NCBI GenBank assembly: GCA_963664195.1 | Contig: OY760907.1 | Coordinates: 1,184,001-1,248,000, forward strand | Length of the DNA stretch: 64,000 bases | Origin: an uncultured candidate division Zixibacteria bacterium | GTDB taxonomy: Bacteria; Zixibacteria; MSB-5A5; GN15; FEB-12 | Direction: 5' to 3' | Shown here: positions 22,135 to 32,197 of the stretch, in pieces | Layout: every line of letters starts with the position of its first letter | Position numbering within the stretch: position 1 is the first letter of the stretch | Notes under the pieces: model-generated | Told to the model about the DNA's origin: nothing | The model's database searches: none | What the model saw: the letters and a program-made list of their open reading frames with translations, nothing else | Made by a program: the position numbers and the translations under genes

Positions 22135-22842
22135 ATGTCAGAAGAACCTGTTGGGTGCGCCAAACCCACCGGGACAGTTATTGGAGAGACTGTCGAGAAC
22201 AAAACACAGGCTGAACAGACCGAATCAGGAGGTGCCAGCATGGTACAAGTACGAGTGGGAGGAAAAGCCCCGGATTTCGAGGCTCCGGCATTTCACAAAG
22301 GGAAATTCGTTAACGTAAAACTGTCAGATTACCTGGGAAAGTGGGTCCTGCTCTGTTTCTACCCGGGCGATTTCACTTTTGTCTGACCAACAGAACTGTC
22401 GGCGGTCGCCGGCAAAGTTGACGAGCTGGGCAAGCTCGGCGTTGAAGTCCTTTCAGCTTCAACTGACAGTACCTTCGTACATAAGATTTGGGTCGAAGAA
22501 GAACTCTCGAAAATGACCAAAGACGGTATCCCCTGGCCAATGGTTTCCGATGGCGCCGGTAACCTCGGCAAAGTCTACGGTGTCTACGATGAAGGCAACG
22601 GAGTCAATATCCGCGGTCGGTTCCTGATCGATCCGGACGGCGTCGTGCAGGCCATGGAGGTCATGACACCGCCGGTCGGTCGCAAGATCGAGGAAACGAT
22701 TCGCCAGGTCCACGCCTTCCAGCACGTGAGAAAAACCAAAGGGGCCGAGGCCTGTCCTGCCGGATGGGAACCGGGCGACGCAACCCTCAAACCGGGCCCG
22801 GATCTTGTGGGCAAGGTCTGGAAAGTCTGGCAGCCCGAATAG
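22135..22842 (+). CDS. prxU: Selenocysteine-containing peroxiredoxin (PrxU-type)
   Basis: [25 protein letters not shown] places the UGA (22384-22386) at the peroxidatic Cys; frame continues to [10 protein letters not shown] and EACPAGW; SECIS-like hairpin follows. Confidence 0.93.
22394..22419 (+). promoter_or_regulatory. Bacterial SECIS element of prxU
   Basis: Stem TGTCGGC/GCCGGCA (22397-22414) with a G-initiated GGTC loop 18 nt after the UGA; lower AAC/GTT pairing. Confidence 0.8.
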
Positions 22843-22870
22843 GGCAGTCGGCTCTTGTATCGTAATGTCA

Positions 22871-22913
22871 GAAAGCAACCCCGGAGTAATCTTCTTTCCG
22901 GGGTTGCTTTTTC
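22871..22913 (+). terminator. Rho-independent terminator after prxU
   Basis: AAAGCAACCCCGGA...TCCGGGGTTGCTTT followed by further T's. Confidence 0.85.
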
Positions 22914-22975
22914 CCTGACAGACACTTGCGTTCAGAAGCCAGTTCTACGTTATTCCGATAGCGGGAAGAAGGACC

Positions 22976-23371
22976 ATGAGATTTCGTAGCCACATATTCA
23001 ATTCGTCAATCCGCCGCACCGGTGTCTGCCTTGTGGCTGTCTGGCTGTTTGCCGCCGTTACGAATATCGACCGCCTTCACAACCACCACACCCTGGGACA
23101 CGGCAGTCTGTGCGATACCGACCTGCGTTGTGAGTCTCACTCTTCAAAAGACCCCGGTCGCCTTGTCCTGATTGAAGACGCCCTTGGCTTCCATGACGCT
23201 GCCACGTGCGCCGCGTGCCAACTCTGGTCTGTGCTCTCTTCCTCGGACTTCGTCCATCCGTCGCCAACCTTAGTCGACAACCCTGAAACTCCCCTCTGCG
23301 AACGAGGACAGGCACAACGTCTTCTGACAACTCTGCTCGCCTCATGCGGACGCTCTCCTCCCCTTTCGTAA
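22976..23371 (+). CDS. DUF2946-like (CruR-like) His/Cys-rich upstream ORF
   Basis: N-terminal hydrophobic segment; HNHH; CAAC; C-terminal GRSPP (RAPP-like); directly upstream of a TonB receptor. Confidence 0.75.
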   Translation: MRFRSHIFNSSIRRTGVCLVAVWLFAAVTNIDRLHNHHTLGHGSLCDTDLRCESHSSKDPGRLVLIEDALGFHDAATCAACQLWSVLSSSDFVHPSPTLVDNPETPLCERGQAQRLLTTLLASCGRSPPLS

Positions 23372-23504
23372 GCTTTTCACTCTCCAAACACGACCGGCAG
23401 GTCCGGTCCTAACATCTGCGCCTGGCGCAATCCGCCTCCCCTGATCACATACGATCAGCTTTGGAAGATTGCCCCGGTGTGCTAATTGCTTCGAAAGGCT
23501 AAAC

Positions 23505-25877
23505 ATGTTGTTCTATACAATCCGCAGATTTTCTGCCGTGCTGTCCGTTGCTGTCATTCTGATGCTGGCTGTTACTCCCCCGTTGGACGCAGAAGCCGCA
23601 TCGCAGGGGGCTGTCGTGCATGGAGTCGTCACCGATGAAAACGGTCACTCCCTTGGCAACGCCACGGTAACCGTCCCCGCACTTGACATGGCAATTCGAG
23701 TCGACTCTGACGGGGGCTTCAAACTCGCCGGTCTTCCCCGGACGATGATTCAAATCGAAGTCAGCCATGTCGGCTACTCATCAGCAATCGTCGAAATCAA
23801 CCCGACCGAGGCCGCTGAGTCGCCGTTGACCGTGGTGCTCAAACAAAGAGTCGTACCGGTCGGACAGATCACGGTCACCGGATCACCTACCGCAGCAGAT
23901 CCAATGAAATCGCCCCAGGACATACGGGTGGTGGATGAACAGCAGCTCGCTGCCTGCGAAACCGCATCGCTCGGCAAAGTGCTTGAGAGTATCCCCGGCG
24001 TCTCAAACATCAGTACCGGTCCTCAGGCCGGCAAACCGGTCATTCGCGGTCTGAGCGGCAATCGTGTGCGCGTGTTGCAAGACGGGGTTCCGATGGAACA
24101 CTACCAGTTTTCCTTCCGCCACCAACCGGTGCTCAATCTCTCGCAGGCAGAGAGAGTTGAAGTCATACAGGGAGCTGCCAGCATCCTTTACGGTTCCGAC
24201 GCCCTCGGCGGAGCCGCGAACGTGATAACCAAACGCCTGCCGGGTGCGCAACCCGGCGCATCCTACCTGACCGGACAGCTCAAAGGACAGTTGTTCTCCA
24301 ACAACGGCGAACGTGCGGGCACGGTTGAGTTTGAAGGCGCATCGGGTACCGTCGGCTACCGCGCCGGATTCACCGGACGACGGGCGGATGATTTCCGCAC
24401 CCCCGACGAGCCGACGTATGCCGAAACGCACGCACCGGGCGATCCGAAATTCACCGGCGAACTTCCGTTCACCAATTTCGATCAACTCTCTGGCTACGCT
24501 ATGATCGGCGTCACCAGATCTTTCGGGAATGCCTGGGTCGAGTTTGACCGTTACGACAGTGAACAGAATTACCTCCTTGGCGACGGCAACCCGATCGGCC
24601 AGAACATAGAGAACGACAATCTAAAAGTAAGGGGCAATCTGCTTCTCAGCCCCAAAGTCACTATCAAACCGACGCTATCCTTCCAACGCAACGTCCGCCA
24701 GGCGAAAGAAGGTGTCGGGTTCGAAGACGACCCCGAATGGGCCGTTGATCTGGTCCGCTCTGTGTACGCGGTTCGCCTTGATCTCGTTCACAACGATGTA
24801 TGGGGACTCGACGGCACTGTTGGTGTTGATCTGAACGTGCAGAATCAGGAAACCCGCGCCTCCGGTCTGCTCCCCAACGCCGACCTGTTTGATCTCGGCG
24901 TGTACGCATTCGAGGAATGGTCTTTCGCCAAACTCACCACAAACGCCGGACTCCGGTTCGACTACCGCGAACACGAGGCTGAAGCAAACCCGGCCATGCT
25001 GCTTCCGGACACTGCTGGCGGCGAAACCGACGACGTTCTGACGCAGGAGTACTCCGTGATGTCCGGTTCTGCAGGTGTTGGCTATCGGCTCAGCGACTTC
25101 CTGACGCTCGCCACAAATCTCGCCGTGGGATTCAGAGCACCGGACCTGTTTGAACTTCACGCGCACGGTATCCACGGCGGCGTGCAGGCCTTTCAAATCG
25201 GCAACCCGTACCTGAATCCGGAACGCAGCTACAGTCTCGACGGCAGCGTGAGGTTCCGCACCGAGACTGCGACCGCACGCGCCACCGTCTACTACAACCG
25301 CATCGACAATTACATATTTCTCCGCAATCAGGGTCGAGACACAACTCTGGGATCGACAACGCTGCCAATTCTATCGGCGGATCAAACCGACGGTACCATC
25401 ACCGGAGTCGAACTCTCCGGTGAGATCGCAACCGCTTCATGGTTGCGAGTCAGCGCCACCTACGCCGCCACAACCAGCGACAACAAAGCTACCGGAGAGG
25501 AACTCCCACTCATGCCCGCCGACCGCATCACCGCCGGTGTACGATTCGAGATGCCCGGTCACAGTCTGGCGAAAGGCACTTTCGCGGAAGTGAAGATCCA
25601 ACACGCCATGGAGAAGAAATCGGCCGGCACCTACGAACCGTTCTCGCAGTTTGATGTCATACCGTTCGGCACGGCAAGCACCGACGCGTACACGCTGTGC
25701 GATCTCAGCCTCGGGACAACCGTCACCGTAAACAGACAACCCGTGTCAATCAATCTTGAAATCGAGAATCTCTTTGATAAAGCCTATGTTGACTTCCTGG
25801 ATACATACAAAGGATACGCACTGTCGATGGGGCGCAACGTTATCCTGAGAATGCAGGTCCCCCTCCGGATCCTGTAA
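23505..25877 (+). CDS. TonB-dependent receptor with N-terminal carboxypeptidase-regulatory-like domain
   Basis: VHGVVTD..G..L..ATV; KPVIRGLSGNRV; VEVIQGAASILYGSDALGG; FRAPDLFEL..HGIH; ENLFDKAY; GRN. Confidence 0.93.
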   Translation: MLFYTIRRFSAVLSVAVILMLAVTPPLDAEAASQGAVVHGVVTDENGHSLGNATVTVPALDMAIRVDSDGGFKLAGLPRTMIQIEVSHVGYSSAIVEINPTEAAESPLTVVLKQRVVPVGQITVTGSPTAADPMKSPQDIRVVDEQQLAACETASLGKVLESIPGVSNISTGPQAGKPVIRGLSGNRVRVLQDGVPMEHYQFSFRHQPVLNLSQAERVEVIQGAASILYGSDALGGAANVITKRLPGAQPGASYLTGQLKGQLFSNNGERAGTVEFEGASGTVGYRAGFTGRRADDFRTPDEPTYAETHAPGDPKFTGELPFTNFDQLSGYAMIGVTRSFGNAWVEFDRYDSEQNYLLGDGNPIGQNIENDNLKVRGNLLLSPKVTIKPTLSFQRNVRQAKEGVGFEDDPEWAVDLVRSVYAVRLDLVHNDVWGLDGTVGVDLNVQNQETRASGLLPNADLFDLGVYAFEEWSFAKLTTNAGLRFDYREHEAEANPAMLLPDTAGGETDDVLTQEYSVMSGSAGVGYRLSDFLTLATNLAVGFRAPDLFELHAHGIHGGVQAFQIGNPYLNPERSYSLDGSVRFRTETATARATVYYNRIDNYIFLRNQGRDTTLGSTTLPILSADQTDGTITGVELSGEIATASWLRVSATYAATTSDNKATGEELPLMPADRITAGVRFEMPGHSLAKGTFAEVKIQHAMEKKSAGTYEPFSQFDVIPFGTASTDAYTLCDLSLGTTVTVNRQPVSINLEIENLFDKAYVDFLDTYKGYALSMGRNVILRMQVPLRIL

Positions 25878-25904
25878 CCAACATTCCGCTACGAACACAT
25901 ACGT

Positions 25905-25934
25905 ACCCCGGAATCGCTGAGGTTCCGGGGTTGC
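25905..25934. terminator. Probable terminator hairpin
   Basis: ACCCCGGAA-tcgctgagg-TTCCGGGGT between convergent genes. Confidence 0.55.
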
Positions 25935-25987
25935 TTGTGCGTTGCGCCAGTGGAATGATTCCGGGGGTTGGGCAGTCTCACCGTAAG

Positions 25988-26827
25988 TCATTTCACAGCT
26001 AAGACGTCGATAAGCTTAGAGCAGCCCCCGTCGCACACATAATCGGCATGGTCTTCAACACTCGCAAACTTCCGTCCGACAATCCGGGAGCACTCGAATT
26101 CACCGCCGGTGCATCCCGCAAACCTTCCTATTACATCCGCGACTCCGGAACCCTTGAAATCGGCCTTGCCCTCAGGATTGGCACTGCCTGCCATGGCCGT
26201 CAACCAGATCGCCGCCCCCAGCGCACCACAGGCCCCCCCGCACAGACCGATTCCGCCCGCAAACCCGGCGGCCATTACCGCGTGCAAGTCAGACGCGCCC
26301 ATCTTCTGCGCCACCATCGCCGCACAACTGATCGGGCCGGGTGAGGCCTCGATACTCTCGTCGGAGAGAATCGCCTCTATTTCCCCCAATGCCACCGGAG
26401 CGTACCTTGCAGCCATGCGAAAACAACCGATGGGCCCGCCTTTCATGAAGAATAAGAAAATCGTCTTCGCTGTAGATGACTTATCCAGGTCAGTTATTTC
26501 AAAACAGTTGATACTCTTGTTGAGAACTCGAAAAGACTCCACCAGTCTTTGGGCTGCCACAACAGCCTTCGTTTCGGCCTGTGGACCCGGGCCAAACGTC
26601 CTGTACACCTGAGCCCCTGCGGCCAGCGTGGCACCCCAGATCATCCCACACTGGTAGCCGTGCTGCACAATCCCGCCCGCGAGCGGCGCGGCTGCGTGTT
26701 CCTCGGTTTTCAGCGGGTAATCATATGCAAGGTCGAGAACTCTCGACAGCGCTTCTGATCAGGTCCCCACTTTGAGAAACGTGCTTACGGTCCCCAGAGA
26801 GGATATTTCATAGTTCGATTCGGACAT
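25988..26827 (-). CDS. Tandem C_GCAxxG_C_C family redox-active protein containing selenocysteine (U23)
   Basis: AAGGAG RBS and ATG at 26827; FLKVGT-UGA-SEAL (UGA at 26761-26759) in frame with LAGGI..GYQCG; second domain SCA..AGGIGLCGGACGALG..FEC..C; hairpin after the UGA. Confidence 0.85.
26732..26747 (-). promoter_or_regulatory. SECIS-like hairpin of the C_GCAxxG_C_C gene
   Basis: Minus strand GTCGAG-AGTT-CTCGAC begins 11 nt after the UGA; loop contains G at its second position. Confidence 0.7.
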
Positions 26828-26852
26828 CAGGTCTCCTTAGATGATCAGAAAC

Positions 26853-27821
26853 TCACACAGTTATTACGATTTTACCGCGCGTGTGTTCCTCTTCCATGTA
26901 TCGAATCGCCTCGGATGCCTCGCTCAAGGGATACTTCCTGTCGATCACGGGTTTGATCTCTCCGGTCTCAAGAAGCTTCCGAAGAAACTCCAAATCCCCC
27001 TGGTTTGGCCGAGCGACGTACGTAGTCAGTTTTTTGCCCCCGGACATCGAGACCAACGGCCCCAGGAGCGCGACCTGGTAAAATTGCGTCATTGCTCCAC
27101 CGGACGAAACAAAAACCCCTCCTGAGTTCAGGGCGCGCTTGTAGTCAAGAATAGCGTGATACCCGTTAGCGCCAAGTATCAGGTCATACCGCTGCCCATT
27201 CCTCGTGAAGTCCTCTTGAGTATAATCAATGACCTCGTCGGCACCTATGGATCTTGCCACATCCAGGTTTCTCGTGCTGCACACAGCCGTCACTTCAGCT
27301 CCGAATGACTTGGCGATCTGCACGGCGTAAGTCCCTACACCTCCCGACGCACCGTTGATCAGCACTCGCTGCCCCGACCGGATGTTGCCGTGATCACGAA
27401 GTCCCTGCAGGGCCGTCACTGACGCCATCGGCACCGCCGCAGCTTCTTCAAAAGAGACCCCTGACGGCTTGGAGGTCAACACGTCTTCGCGAGCGCAAAC
27501 ATACTCGGCAAACCCGCCTCCCCCCCGGCCGGAAATATCGCCGAATACTCCATCGCCAGACTTGAACTTCGTCACACCCTTGCCGACCGCCTCAACTCGC
27601 CCCGCGACATCGGCCCCGAGTATCGTGTGTTTGGGTCTGGTCAAACCGGCCATCAGCCGGATGAAAAACGGATCTGCCCTCAGCATGTGCCAGTCATACG
27701 CGTTTACTGACGCCGCATGGATTCTTATCAGAACCTCATGATCCCCGGGCGAAGGTTTCTCCACCTCCTTTAGCTCAAGAACATCCGGGGACCCGTATCT
27801 TTCGTAAACGACTGCTTTCAA
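26853..27821 (-). CDS. NAD(P)-dependent medium-chain dehydrogenase/reductase (quinone oxidoreductase-like)
   Basis: MKAVVY..YGSPDVL, ASVN..D, GADVAG, INGASGGVG and GKIVI motifs. Confidence 0.93.
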   Translation of the reverse strand: MKAVVYERYGSPDVLELKEVEKPSPGDHEVLIRIHAASVNAYDWHMLRADPFFIRLMAGLTRPKHTILGADVAGRVEAVGKGVTKFKSGDGVFGDISGRGGGGFAEYVCAREDVLTSKPSGVSFEEAAAVPMASVTALQGLRDHGNIRSGQRVLINGASGGVGTYAVQIAKSFGAEVTAVCSTRNLDVARSIGADEVIDYTQEDFTRNGQRYDLILGANGYHAILDYKRALNSGGVFVSSGGAMTQFYQVALLGPLVSMSGGKKLTTYVARPNQGDLEFLRKLLETGEIKPVIDRKYPLSEASEAIRYMEEEHTRGKIVITV

Positions 27822-27884
27822 GACATTCCTCCAATGCTACCCTGTTGCGAAAGTGACATCGGTCACTACCGGCGACAACGATTC

Positions 27885-28993
27885 TTAGCCAGTACTCAGT
27901 TTCATACCGAACAGCGGTCTAATCCATTTTGTTCTTCTAAGAATCGTCTCGTAAACCAACAGGCTGACACCGAAGGTACCAATCAGCAGAATGCCGAGCT
28001 TCAAAGTCGCCGAAAACGAGAGAGGCATCACATAGTACGAAATAGCATACTGTATCGGGAAATGAATAATATAGACGGGATACACTGCCCTACTGAAGTA
28101 GCTCAGCAGGTTCGACGGCCGATTGAGATGTGCCGAGGCAAACCCGATTGCGGCCATCATCCAGCACCAGGACTCAAACGCTACCATAGGTTTAGGTACC
28201 AAGGCGATCTCAAAAACTATCAATCTCACCGCGAAGAACCCGATGCCACTACCGCACTGCACCAACGCAACCTGTGGACAGCCTTCCAGAAATTATACCC
28301 TAGCGATGCAAACAGAATACCGGCAGCAAAACATGTCGCCCCCGCGAAATGCCCGTGCGGCGTAGGAAAATTGGCAAAGTACTGCGGGTTCATCAGCCAC
28401 GCTTCAAGCATCAGGGGAATAGCCCCGACATAAATCATCCAGGGGCGGCGGATTAGCCCTGAGATGAATCGCAGGACCACATTGTCAGGGTACGTCTTGA
28501 GTGTCCACGGAATTCCGATAGTGTATGCGATATAGCACAGAATGTTCATGAGAAACCAGAGGTGCCCGGCATTTGGATGGTAACCGATGTCCAGACTGTA
28601 GTAACTCGAAAGAACGTAATCCGTGATCGGACAGATGAAGAAAAAACCAAACACAAACGGGACGGCAATCCGCAGCCCCCGATCGGCGAGAAACTGCTTC
28701 CAGTCCCGCCGTTCCATTGCATACCGAGCACCCATACCGGATATCATGAAAAGAAGTGGAATCCGCCACACGTTGAGCATGGCCATTGGAATCCAGAGTC
28801 ACTGCAAAGGTTTGTCGTTCTGGATGAAGCTGACAGTTGTCGCCCAGGGCTGGAAGCTGATTACAACATGATAGACGATGAGAAGACCGAGGGCGAGTGT
28901 CCTGAGCCGGTCGACATCGTATCGACGCCCGGGGACCACACTGATAGCATTATTGATCTGCGACTGCTTGTCTGTGAAGCGGAAAAGAGCCAT
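27885..28993 (-). pseudogene. Acyltransferase-3 (OpgC/MdoC-like) pseudogene
   Basis: RRYD.D.LR..LLIVYH, WRIPLLF.ISG, GHLWF and AVYPVYIIH are split by an in-frame TGA at 28801-28799 and a frameshift near 28250. Confidence 0.8.
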
Positions 28994-29065
28994 TCGTCAA
29001 AGAGTGTCGACTTTCTCCTGATTGCAAGCTAAAGTCGCGACGTCACGCGAGGACAAACTCTCTCG

Positions 29066-30346
29066 TTAGAACATCACGCTTACGCCCCTCGCCTGTAAAG
29101 CAGGAATATGCGCGTCAATTGATTCCTGGGACAGCGGATTATTCTGCAGCAGCAAGACATCCCCCGCACCCAGCCCCGAATTGCTGACCAACGGCTCAAT
29201 ATCGGTCACTTGATTGTAGCGAACATCAAGTTCGGCAAGATTAACCATAACCGTTAGGCTACTCAAATCGGCGATTTGGTTTAGAGTCAGATAAACCTTC
29301 TCCAACCCGGTCAAGCCGCCCAGAGGAGTGATATCAGACAATTGATTGGACGAAAGGTTGACAACTCTCAAGTGCGTGAAATTCGTGACAAAACTGATGT
29401 CGCCAAGTTGATTGCCGTTAACGTCCAATTCTCTCAGAAGCGGCAGGTTGTATAAGGGCGAAAAATCGATCACGTCACAATCGTTCAGCCTGATCCAATC
29501 CAGTTTGGTCAGCCCCGCCAAAGGCGCAACGTCACTCAACGGACTCTGTCCGACTGCAATCTGGACAAGATTGGTCAAACCGCTCAGCGGCGTCAGGTCG
29601 GTAATCGGATTCCCTCCTAGTCCCAACCCCCAAAGCGATACCAGTCCCTGAAGTGGAGTGAGGTCGCTGATATCATTCATTCCCAGATGGATAACCCCCA
29701 TGGCGGTGAAGTACTCCAGCCCGGTCAGGTCTGAAATACCAGCATCCTCGGCCCACAGTTCCGTGACCGTATCAACATCGGAAGTGTAGATGACGCCCGA
29801 GAGGAGACCGAGATGCTCGCGCACAATACTATCCAAAGCGACGTCTGGAATGGATACAATCTGATTGGCGGGACAGTTGGCACGCACACAGTTGGAGAGG
29901 CCGGACCAGTTACCGACTTCATCACGTGACTTCACCGCAAAGAAGTATGAGGTCCCCGGAGTCAGACCCTCCAGAAGACAAACCTGCTGCAACCCGGCCG
30001 GGACCGGCACGACGACGCTGTCAATTCGCACACCCTGTGAGAAGTTTGCCTCGGTAATGCTGTCAAGTGACCCGCGCAGATCATACTCATACGCAACACC
30101 GTCGCTGCCGTCGTCTCCGGGAGCCGTCCACCCAAGGGTAGCGGTAGTGGTACTCACGCTGATCAAATGGACATCGGCGATGGTCGCCGGTGGCGTTGAG
30201 TCATCCTCATCCCCCGCAACATCACTGTCGGTGCCTTTGCTGCAACCAAGCGAAAGAACGGCCGCGGTAACAACCATCAGGAACAGCACCAGAAGCGAGC
30301 GGGGAAACATCCCCGTGCAACAGACCAAAAAGCCTGACTTCGACAT
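29066..30346 (-). CDS. Lipoprotein with FN3 domain and internalin-like leucine-rich repeats
   Basis: Lipobox LSLGC; WTAPGDDG..DEVGNWS (FN3); repeated N.I.DL.PL.GL..L units of about 22 aa; start codon uncertain (30346 or 30310). Confidence 0.85.
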   Translation of the reverse strand: MSKSGFLVCCTGMFPRSLLVLFLMVVTAAVLSLGCSKGTDSDVAGDEDDSTPPATIADVHLISVSTTTATLGWTAPGDDGSDGVAYEYDLRGSLDSITEANFSQGVRIDSVVVPVPAGLQQVCLLEGLTPGTSYFFAVKSRDEVGNWSGLSNCVRANCPANQIVSIPDVALDSIVREHLGLLSGVIYTSDVDTVTELWAEDAGISDLTGLEYFTAMGVIHLGMNDISDLTPLQGLVSLWGLGLGGNPITDLTPLSGLTNLVQIAVGQSPLSDVAPLAGLTKLDWIRLNDCDVIDFSPLYNLPLLRELDVNGNQLGDISFVTNFTHLRVVNLSSNQLSDITPLGGLTGLEKVYLTLNQIADLSSLTVMVNLAELDVRYNQVTDIEPLVSNSGLGAGDVLLLQNNPLSQESIDAHIPALQARGVSVMF

Positions 30347-30489
30347 AAAAAGACATCCCGGTCATTGTGATTTGTTATTGAGTGTGTTTCGGGGCAAATA
30401 TAGACCTTTCAGTCTCGTCGGTCAACAACGAATTGGAAGATCAAAGCGAGCGGACCACACACAAGTTACCGACCGGAGAATCAAGGTAG

Positions 30490-30526
30490 GCCGGTTGGTG
30501 TCGGGTTCAATTACGCCAACCGGCCG
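30490..30526. terminator. GC-rich hairpin, probable terminator
   Basis: GGCCGGTTGGTGT...ACGCCAACCGGCC. Confidence 0.5.
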
Positions 30527-30573
30527 GGAAACGAATCTTTCAGAAGAATCGAGGTGGTCGGAGCCGAAGCGGT

Positions 30574-30789
30574 TCAGTACCCCAATCCCTCTTCGAAAGC
30601 ATCCGAATCGAGATCGTCATCAAAGTCGTACTCATTGACTTTGTACTTTGGAACCGGTCCGCCAACTTCGAACTCGTGATCGCAGTCAGCGCATACATAC
30701 AGCTCGATTCCATCATCAAATGAGTCCTGAAGAAGCACATCGCTGCTGTTACAGCGCGGGCACTTTCTTGACTTCTTCGCACGTCCCAT
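30574..30789 (-). CDS. Small zinc-ribbon protein with acidic tail
   Basis: GAGG RBS; CPRC..CADC; Asp/Glu-rich C-terminus. Confidence 0.7.
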   Translation of the reverse strand: MGRAKKSRKCPRCNSSDVLLQDSFDDGIELYVCADCDHEFEVGGPVPKYKVNEYDFDDDLDSDAFEEGLGY

Positions 30790-30862
30790 GGTCACACCTC
30801 TCTGAAACTGTTAGTTTTCTCACGTCATTTCTATGGCGCGCTTTAAGTTCATATGTCTTTCG

Positions 30863-32197
30863 TTACTGCTTCTCTCTTGTGTCAGGCACCGAACACAGCT
30901 CCACACAAACAGGCAGTGGCTTGATGAAGTCCTGGCGTAGACTGTACGTATATGCTCCCTGATCCGGTACCAACAAAATGTCCCCCTCTTCGACTCCGTC
31001 GCCAAAAAACCCATATCCCCACAGATCATGAGGAGTGCACAGAGAGCCGGCCATCAGGCATTCGTGTTCCTGAAGGCTCGGTCGGGTCAGGTTAATTACC
31101 GGGAAATAATCTGCCTCAAACCGTTCCCAGCCAACAGCATTCGTGCCACCGTCGGTGATAACGATATCCGGCGACTTGACATCGGCCACGGTCAGGAGAA
31201 TGTGCATAGCATGGTGGCACAACCAGCGACCCGGCTCGAGACAGATAGTACAATTTACGTCATCCGGCAGGTGCCTTTTCAAGGCCTCTGAGATTTGGCT
31301 CGCGAACTCGTCGATAGAGCAAGCTTCATTCCTGTAGTGTTTGAGACCACCAGGCGCGGCATCTGTCTCTGCTGGTTGAATTGCGCCCTTGGGCATAGCT
31401 TCTGGCTGGAGCCATTCGCCCGATTCCGGCCAGAACCCGCCGCCGATGTCGAGAAACTTGATGCTCTTCCTATCTACGCTGTCCAATTCCCCAAGCGCGG
31501 CACCCAGGCGCGTTATGAACTTGACCTGTGCTTCAGGATTAAGATTCCAGCTGAGATGAGATTGCAGACCACACAGGTCGACGTGCTCACACCGGCGCGC
31601 GTCATGGAGGAACGAAGGAAGCTCCGCAAGCGGTATGCCGAATTTCCGCCAGATACCCGTGTCATCCGCTGAGAGCCGGACTCCGGCCCGGACAGTGACC
31701 CGGGCACGTGTCGCCGCTTCCTCCAGTTTCTTCAACTCGCTGAAACTGTCCAGGAGAACGGTTACTCGCTCGGCATGTTCCACCGCAAGCGCCAACTCGT
31801 CCGGCCTTTTTCCCGGACCACTAAAAACAATGTCGCCGGCACCACACTTAAGAGCAGTGTTCAATTCAAGGCCGCTGGAAACGTCCAGTCCTAATCCTTC
31901 TTCTACCAACGTGGCTGCAAGAAGCGGATGACTGTTGCTCTTGAGGGCGTAGTAGACTCGGGAATCGGACAGGACAGCCGAAAAAGCGCTCCGGAATTGT
32001 CGAGCTCTGTTCCTCAGAGCCTCCAGGTCAATGACATACAGCGGCGAGCCGTTGGCCTTGACAGTCGCCAGAAAAGCATCCCGCCGATCATGGAATGATC
32101 GAACAAAATGTCCCAACTCCTGAGCGTCAACCGATGGGATATCGCGATTGATCGACTCTGCGGCTGGCGTTTTGAAACCAGGCGAGTTTTTGGTCAT
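30863..32197 (-). CDS. PLP-dependent decarboxylase, Orn/DAP/Arg family 2 (LysA-like)
   Basis: YALKSN (PLP Lys), DVSSGLEL, SGPGK, DIGGGF, EPGRW, GSLCTPHD and GAY motifs. Confidence 0.9.
   Translation of the reverse strand: MTKNSPGFKTPAAESINRDIPSVDAQELGHFVRSFHDRRDAFLATVKANGSPLYVIDLEALRNRARQFRSAFSAVLSDSRVYYALKSNSHPLLAATLVEEGLGLDVSSGLELNTALKCGAGDIVFSGPGKRPDELALAVEHAERVTVLLDSFSELKKLEEAATRARVTVRAGVRLSADDTGIWRKFGIPLAELPSFLHDARRCEHVDLCGLQSHLSWNLNPEAQVKFITRLGAALGELDSVDRKSIKFLDIGGGFWPESGEWLQPEAMPKGAIQPAETDAAPGGLKHYRNEACSIDEFASQISEALKRHLPDDVNCTICLEPGRWLCHHAMHILLTVADVKSPDIVITDGGTNAVGWERFEADYFPVINLTRPSLQEHECLMAGSLCTPHDLWGYGFFGDGVEEGDILLVPDQGAYTYSLRQDFIKPLPVCVELCSVPDTREKQ

Noticed and set aside
28799..28801. 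In-frame TGA in the acyltransferase as a third selenocysteine
   Set aside because: Context (LQ*LWIP) fits a mutated Trp codon, no clear SECIS hairpin follows, and the gene also has a frameshift
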